Shown in pieces: positions 58,760 to 64,000 of a DNA stretch of 64,000 nt. Location: the NCBI GenBank assembly GCA_037481835.1, contig JBBFKW010000007.1, positions 32,214 through 96,213 of the forward strand. The letters are read 5' to 3'. Position numbers and translations under genes: made by a program. The notes beneath the pieces are model-generated. The model ran no database searches and was not told the origin of the DNA. It worked only from the letters and a program-made list of their open reading frames with translations. The first letter of the stretch is position 1; the number at the start of each line of letters is the position of its first letter. Source of the stretch: Desulfosoma sp. (lineage in GTDB: Bacteria > Desulfobacterota > Syntrophobacteria > Syntrophobacterales > DSM-9756).

Positions 58760-60076
58760 TCATGAGCGTAGGGTCCGGGCGATGGCTCGCACTTCGGCCA
58801 TGACCCTTTCCAAATCAATGGTTGTCAGCCGCCGGTCCTCCATAACAAGGCGCCCTCCAATGAGACTGTGGCGCACATCGGATCCCTTGGCGGCGTAGAC
58901 CAGATGGCTTACGGGATCGTAGACCGGGGTGAGGTGCGGTGCCGAAAAGTCCACAACGATAAGGTCTGCGGCGAAACCCGGCCGGATCTGGCCGACCACG
59001 TCTTCCAGCCCGAGGGCCTTGGCGCCGTGTCTCACGGCCATGCGCAGAACCGTATCGGCAGGCAGGACCGTGGGATCCATGGCCGCGGCTTTGTGGATCT
59101 TGGCGCAGGTGCCCATTTCCCCGAAAAGGTCCAGATTGTTGTTGCTGGCGCACCCGTCCGTTCCCAGGGCCACACAAACACCCCGTCGCAGCAAGGCGGG
59201 AACGGGAGCGAATCCCGAGGCAAGCTTCAAGTTGCTTTCCGGGTTGTGGGCCACGATGACCCGGTGTTCGGCAAGGAGCTCCATGTCCCGCTCGTCCAGA
59301 TCCACGCAGTGGTCGGCGATCAGCCGGTCGTGGAGCACCCCCAGGGCCGCCAGGTGGGCCACAGGCCGGCGGGCGTAGCGCCCCTGAACTTCCCGCACTT
59401 CGGCGCTGTTTTCCGAAAGATGGGTCACCATGGGCACATCGTACTTTCGGGCCAGGGCAAAACAGCGCCGGTAGAGCTCGGGCGAACAGGTGTAGGGCGC
59501 ATGGGGTTCTACGGCCACCCGGATCAAGGGATCGTCTTTCCACTGAAGGATCAGGTCTTCGGTGAACTGCAGACCGTGATCCACCGGACCATAATGGGGA
59601 GAGGGAAAGTCGTAGAGGACTTCTCCCACAAGGGCGCGCATCCCGGCTTCTTTGGCCGCTTGGGCGACCTTGTGTTCAAAGAGATACATATCGCAAAAGG
59701 CCGTTGTGCCGGAAAGGATCATTTCCGCGCAGCCCAGCAGCGTGCCCCAATAGACCCAGGACTCGGTGAGCCGGCTTTCGGCGGGAAAAATGTGCTTTTG
59801 GAGCCAGTCCATGAGGGGCAGGTCGTCGGCAAGGCCGCGGAACAAGGTCATGGCCGCGTGCGTGTGGGCGTTTACAAGGCCGGGGAGCACCACACATCCG
59901 GAGGCATCCAAAAGACGCACGGGATCGAAGCGCATTTCCAGATCGTCGCTTGGACCCACGGCGTCGATCGAGCCGTTGCGGACCGCCACGGCACCGTCGC
60001 GGATGACCGTTCCCTGGTCGTCCAGCGTGAGGATCCATGCGTGGGTGAGGAGCACGTCACACGGGGTTTTCGCCAT
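58760..60076 (-). CDS. Amidohydrolase, MTA/SAH deaminase (MtaD/DadD) family, copy 1
   Basis: PGLVNAHTH, FRGLADDLPL, PHAPYTC, HLSE, HNPESNLKL, GTDGCASNN. Confidence 0.87.
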   Translation of the reverse strand: MAKTPCDVLLTHAWILTLDDQGTVIRDGAVAVRNGSIDAVGPSDDLEMRFDPVRLLDASGCVVLPGLVNAHTHAAMTLFRGLADDLPLMDWLQKHIFPAESRLTESWVYWGTLLGCAEMILSGTTAFCDMYLFEHKVAQAAKEAGMRALVGEVLYDFPSPHYGPVDHGLQFTEDLILQWKDDPLIRVAVEPHAPYTCSPELYRRCFALARKYDVPMVTHLSENSAEVREVQGRYARRPVAHLAALGVLHDRLIADHCVDLDERDMELLAEHRVIVAHNPESNLKLASGFAPVPALLRRGVCVALGTDGCASNNNLDLFGEMGTCAKIHKAAAMDPTVLPADTVLRMAVRHGAKALGLEDVVGQIRPGFAADLIVVDFSAPHLTPVYDPVSHLVYAAKGSDVRHSLIGGRLVMEDRRLTTIDLERVMAEVRAIARTLRS

Positions 60077-60932
60077 GGGACGATTTTCCTTGGGCTAAAG
60101 CGGAAATTTTCGGCAGTGCCCGTTCCAGAAGGGTCATGAGACGGGGACCGGAAGCTGAAGCGGTCCGGATGACTTGTTCCAGAGGGACGGGTTCGTAGCA
60201 ATCCGGGCGGTTCACATTGGAAATGACGGAAAGGCCCAGGACTTCCAACCCCGCATGCACGGCCGCAATGACTTCCGTCACCGTGGACATCCCTACGGCG
60301 TCGGCTCCCGCGGCCCGCAGGAACCGGGTTTCCGCCGCCGTTTCCATGCTGGGGCCCAGCACACCCGCATAGACGCCTTCCCTGAGGAGGATTCCGGCCC
60401 TGAGGGCTTCTTGTCGGGCGATTTCCTGCAGCCTTCGGCTGTAGGGCTCGCTCATGTCCGGAAACCGCGGTCCCAAAACATCCACATTGGGCCCGACCAG
60501 GGGGTTTCGGCCGGTGAAGTTGATGTGGTCCGTAATGAGCATCAAATCACCGGGACGAAACAGGGGGTTCAGGCCTCCGGCGGCATTGGAAAGGATCAAG
60601 ACCATGATGCCCAGGCGGGCCATGAGCCGGATCGGGAAGGCGATGTCTTGGGGGCTGTAGCCTTCATAGAGATGAAAGCGTCCCTGCATGGCCAGGATGT
60701 CCACCCCGGCCCACGTTCCCCACAAATATCGGCCGTGGTGGCTTTCCACCGTGGACACCGGATGATGGGGAACGGCTTCATAGTCAAGACAGCCGTGCAC
60801 GGTCATGGCATCGGCTACGGCTCCCAGGCCCGTGCCGAGGATCACTGCACATCGGGGTTGGCCCGTCATGGCGGACCCGAGAACCTTTCGGGCTTCTTCG
60901 AGATGATTTACCATGAGGCCGAACTCATCCAT
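60057..60932 (-). CDS. Purine-nucleoside phosphorylase (trimeric, inosine/guanosine type)
   Basis: ILGTGLG, QGRFHLYEG, SNAAGGLN, GPSMET.AE, VGMSTV.E, ISN. Confidence 0.9.
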   Translation of the reverse strand: MDEFGLMVNHLEEARKVLGSAMTGQPRCAVILGTGLGAVADAMTVHGCLDYEAVPHHPVSTVESHHGRYLWGTWAGVDILAMQGRFHLYEGYSPQDIAFPIRLMARLGIMVLILSNAAGGLNPLFRPGDLMLITDHINFTGRNPLVGPNVDVLGPRFPDMSEPYSRRLQEIARQEALRAGILLREGVYAGVLGPSMETAAETRFLRAAGADAVGMSTVTEVIAAVHAGLEVLGLSVISNVNRPDCYEPVPLEQVIRTASASGPRLMTLLERALPKISALAQGKSSHGENPV

Positions 60933-61098
60933 GGGATCTTCCTCTGTGTGAGCGTTTTTGGGGAATGTGCCGGGGGCGGCGTCCCATGCCGAACCATCAA
61001 TTGACAGAAAGCCGCCTTTTTGTAAAGATCCGCCGACTTTCAGCTCGTAAGCCGCGGGCGGAATGTGTGGATCGTTTTTAGAAGGCGGAGTGCTCTAC

Positions 61099-62325
61099 GT
61101 GAACCAAATCATCCTTGTTCTGGGAATGCTGGCCGGGATGTACATGGCCTGGAACATCGGCGCCAACGATGTGGCCAACGGCATGGCTTCGGCTGTCGGG
61201 GCCAAAGCCATCACCCTTCGCCAGGCTGTCTTCATCGGCGGCATACTGGATTTCATCGGGGCCACGTTTATCGGGTCTCACGTGACCACCACTATCCGGG
61301 AGAATATCCTGGTCGCTCAGAACGTCACCCAAGATCCGCACGTGATGATGCTGGGGCTCCTAGCCGCCCTGCTGGCGGCAGCCTTCTGGGTGTTTTTTTC
61401 CACGTGGAGCCAGTTTCCCGTGTCCACGACCCATTCCATCGTCGGGGCCATCATCGGCTTCGGTCTTGTCTCCGGAGGGGTCAAAGCCATCCAGTGGGCT
61501 AAAATTTCCACCATCGTCTTAAGCTGGATCATCTCCCCCTTTTTTGCCGGTCTCCTTGCCCTCCTCGTCTTTCAGTTCATGCGGAAGGCCATTTTGGAGC
61601 GCCGCAATGCCTTCGTGCGGGCTCTGCGCTGGAGCCCCCTTTTCGCGGGGGCGACGATCTTCATTGTGGTGCTTTCGTTCCTCATGAAAACCCCCCTGGG
61701 CACAAGCCTCCATCTATCCGATAAGGCCGCGGTGGGCACGGCGCTGGCCAGCAGCCTGATTTTGGGCTTCCTCGCCCAGGAATGGTTGGGCCGAACGATC
61801 CGCAAAATCGATGAAGAGGGCGTGGAGGAAATCTTTCGCCGTTTCCAGGTGTTTACCTCGTGCTATGTGGCTTTGGCCCATGGGGCCAACGACGTGGCCA
61901 ACGCTGTCGGCCCCGTAGCGGGGATCTACGCCATCTATGCGACCCAAACCGTGGCGTCCACGACGCCGGTGCCCTCATGGCTCCTAGCGGGCGGTGGACT
62001 CTTCATCGCTCTCGGGGTTTTCACATGGGGGTATCGGGTCATTGAAACGCTGGGATGCCGAATCACCACGCTCACCAACACCCGGGGCTTCGCCGTGGAT
62101 TTCGGCACGGCCACCTCGGTGCTTGTGGCCTCCAAGATGGGCCTGCCGGTGTCCACCACGCACGCGGCGGTGGGGGCCGTCATCGGGGTGGGGCTTGCCG
62201 GAGGCTTGGCGGCCGTGGACTTCAAAGTGGTCTTTAAGATTGTGCTCTATTGGGTTATCACTCTTCCACTTGCGGCCTTGCCCACCATGGCCATTTTCAA
62301 GATCCTCTTGTGGCTCTTTCATTAA
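61099..62325 (+). CDS. PiT-family inorganic phosphate transporter
   Basis: Two GANDVAN motifs and two PVSTTH motifs; GGAG RBS before GTG 61099. Confidence 0.93.
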   Translation: MNQIILVLGMLAGMYMAWNIGANDVANGMASAVGAKAITLRQAVFIGGILDFIGATFIGSHVTTTIRENILVAQNVTQDPHVMMLGLLAALLAAAFWVFFSTWSQFPVSTTHSIVGAIIGFGLVSGGVKAIQWAKISTIVLSWIISPFFAGLLALLVFQFMRKAILERRNAFVRALRWSPLFAGATIFIVVLSFLMKTPLGTSLHLSDKAAVGTALASSLILGFLAQEWLGRTIRKIDEEGVEEIFRRFQVFTSCYVALAHGANDVANAVGPVAGIYAIYATQTVASTTPVPSWLLAGGGLFIALGVFTWGYRVIETLGCRITTLTNTRGFAVDFGTATSVLVASKMGLPVSTTHAAVGAVIGVGLAGGLAAVDFKVVFKIVLYWVITLPLAALPTMAIFKILLWLFH

Positions 62326-62340
62326 AAAAGGAGACGGGGA

Positions 62341-63009
62341 ATGCGTTCGGCGTTTTTCAGCATCTTTCGTAAATCTCCCTTTGAGGGGTTGTTGCGCCAT
62401 GCGGAGATCATTCGGGAGGCGGCGCCGCTTTTCAGGATGGCCTTCATCGCCTACCTGGATGAAAGCCGGTCGGATTTCGAAAAGTACCAGAACAAGGTGA
62501 CGATGCTGGAAAGCGAAGGCGACGCTGTCAAGCGCAACATCCGCGGCCATTTGCCGCGAGGGATCCTTTTGCCCATGGATAAGTTTCAGCTGTTGTGGTA
62601 CCTGCGAGAACAGGACAAGATCCTGGATTCGACGCAGGATTCCCTGCACTGGCTTTCTTATCGAAACACCCCTATTCCCGATGAATATGTGGACGACCTC
62701 TTGTTAATGGTGGATAAGATCACCAGCGTCCTCAAGTCCATCCACCCGTTGGTGGCGGCGGCGGAAAGCTACTTCCAAAGCTTTTCCGAAAACCACCGGA
62801 CCATGGTCAAAAGTGCTATCAAGCAAATCCGCGAGTACGAGTTTGAATCGGACCAAGTGGAACGCAAACTCATCGCCGATTTTCTTAACTATCCCTTCGA
62901 TAACCCCACATCGGCCTTCCATCTTGTCCGCCTGGTGGAATACATGGGCGATATTTCCAACCATGCCCAGAATGCCGGGGACATGATGCGGGCCATGATC
63001 GCCCGATAA
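62341..63009 (+). CDS. DUF47 / PhoU-like phosphate transport regulator
   Basis: KSPF, E.EGDAVKRNIR..LP, EFESD.VE, ISNHAQNAGD; immediately follows pit. Confidence 0.88.
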   Translation: MRSAFFSIFRKSPFEGLLRHAEIIREAAPLFRMAFIAYLDESRSDFEKYQNKVTMLESEGDAVKRNIRGHLPRGILLPMDKFQLLWYLREQDKILDSTQDSLHWLSYRNTPIPDEYVDDLLLMVDKITSVLKSIHPLVAAAESYFQSFSENHRTMVKSAIKQIREYEFESDQVERKLIADFLNYPFDNPTSAFHLVRLVEYMGDISNHAQNAGDMMRAMIAR

Positions 63010-63042
63010 ACCCTTTTTCGCATGACGCCCCCATCCCGCCGG

Positions 63043-63080
63043 AACCCCTCGGAGAGCCCCCGAAAGCCCGAGGGTTTTTT
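63043..63080 (+). terminator. Putative intrinsic terminator after DUF47
   Basis: CCCTCGG / CCGAGGG stem followed by TTTTTT. Confidence 0.45.
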
Positions 63081-63102
63081 GTGCCAACCTTCGCCAGCCC
63101 CC

Positions 63103-64000
63103 GTGATTCCCGAGAGGATCCCTTATCCCGAAGATCTGCCCATTACCGCGCGCAAGGAGGCCATCGTGCAGAGCCTTCGCGAGCACCGCGTGGTGGTGGT
63201 CACGGGGGATACGGGATCGGGAAAGAGCACCCAGCTTCCCAAAATGTGCATGGAAGCCGGTCTGGGAGCGGGGCGACTCATCGGTATTACCCAGCCCCGG
63301 CGCATTGCCGCCGTCACGCTGGCTCGCCGGGTTGCCGGAGAGCTGGGGGAACCCCTAGGGCAGCTTGTGGGCTACAAGATTCGGTTTCAGGAACGCCTCT
63401 CTGCCCGAACCCGCATCAAATTCATGACCGACGGCATCCTCCTGGCCGAAGCCCAGTCCGATCGGTTTTTCAGAGCCTACGACGTGGTCATCGTTGATGA
63501 GGCCCACGAACGCAGCCTCAATATCGATTTTCTACTCGGGTTGCTGCGCAAGGCCCTGGCGAAGCGCTCGGATCTGAAGCTCGTCATCACTTCGGCCACC
63601 ATTGACCCGGAAAGCTTTTCCCGCGCGTTTGACAACGCCCCCATGATCGAAGTGACGGGTCGCACCTATCCTGTGGAGATCCGGTATCGCCCGCCGGATC
63701 CCGCGGCGCAGGAAGAAAGCACGGCGGTGGATCTGGCCGTGGAGGCCGTGGTCGACCTCCGAAGGGAAGGGCTGCGCGGGGATGTTCTCGTGTTCATGCC
63801 CACGGAAAACGATATCCGGGAAACCTGCGCTCGGCTGGAGGACGCACATTTGCCGAACACGGTGGTCTTGCCGCTCTACGGGCGGCTTGCCGGATCCGAT
63901 CAAGAAAAGGTCTTCCTGAGGCTCCCCCAGGAAAAGATCGTCGTTGCCACCAACGTGGCGGAGACATCCGTGACCATTCCGGGAATCCGATGCGTGGTGG
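63103..64000 (+). CDS. hrpA: ATP-dependent RNA helicase HrpA (3'-truncated by window edge)
   Basis: YPEDLPI, GDTGSGKSTQLPK, TQPRRIAA, TDGILL, DEAHERSLNIDF, SAT, ATNVAETS. Start uncertain (GTG 63103 or ATG 63022, same frame). Confidence 0.92.
   Translation, partial: MIPERIPYPEDLPITARKEAIVQSLREHRVVVVTGDTGSGKSTQLPKMCMEAGLGAGRLIGITQPRRIAAVTLARRVAGELGEPLGQLVGYKIRFQERLSARTRIKFMTDGILLAEAQSDRFFRAYDVVIVDEAHERSLNIDFLLGLLRKALAKRSDLKLVITSATIDPESFSRAFDNAPMIEVTGRTYPVEIRYRPPDPAAQEESTAVDLAVEAVVDLRREGLRGDVLVFMPTENDIRETCARLEDAHLPNTVVLPLYGRLAGSDQEKVFLRLPQEKIVVATNVAETSVTIPGIRCVV

Noticed and set aside
61001..61029. Sigma-70 promoter for pit (TTGACA at 61001)
   Set aside because: Perfect -35 but only a weak -10 at acceptable spacing; not listed as a feature.
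1..64000. CRISPR arrays, tRNA/rRNA, IS/integrase/prophage genes, selenocysteine read-through
   Set aside because: No regularly spaced repeats, RNA-gene signatures or mobile-element ORFs seen, and no gene appeared split at an in-frame TGA. Manual reading could miss short RNAs.

Overview
GC-rich bacterial chromosomal window. Gene content suggests a sulfate-reducing or syntrophic deltaproteobacterium (Desulfobacterota, possibly Syntrophobacterales); this is inference only. About 54 CDS are supported. I found no rRNA, tRNA, CRISPR array, prophage or transposase. Most of the window is housekeeping: cimA; phoH-HD hydrolase-ybeY-pdxJ-acpS-nnr-tsaE; lepB; pilMNOQ; ftsH-folP-glmM-coaX-ldcA-serine hydrolase-mpl-queH; nadC; PNP plus two MTA/SAH-type deaminases; PiT-DUF47; partial hrpA. 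Two things stand out. (1) A ~12 kb co-oriented cluster at the left edge encodes an atypical gamma-alpha-fused 2-oxoacid:ferredoxin oxidoreductase subunit with a long unknown C-terminus, a ~1620-aa unknown protein with an embedded RnfB/AcsC-type Fe-S motif, and a 1221-aa NuoE-NuoF(HydC-HydB)-like fusion. The fusion lacks the C-terminal ferredoxin domain and has a remodelled nucleotide pocket (GEE->GEKR). Together these are a candidate undescribed 2-oxoacid:NAD(P)+ oxidoreductase complex. (2) An intact NH3-dependent NAD synthetase is fused to GAF and RNA-binding ANTAR domains. Smaller signals: a near-consensus sigma-28 promoter before an HD-GYP gene, a pil operon without pilP, an orphan POR gamma/delta pair, a 41-aa Arg/Lys-rich sORF missed by the ORF track, and a LiuR-like palindromic operator before a porin gene. 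All assignments come from reading motifs by eye; no database searches were run.
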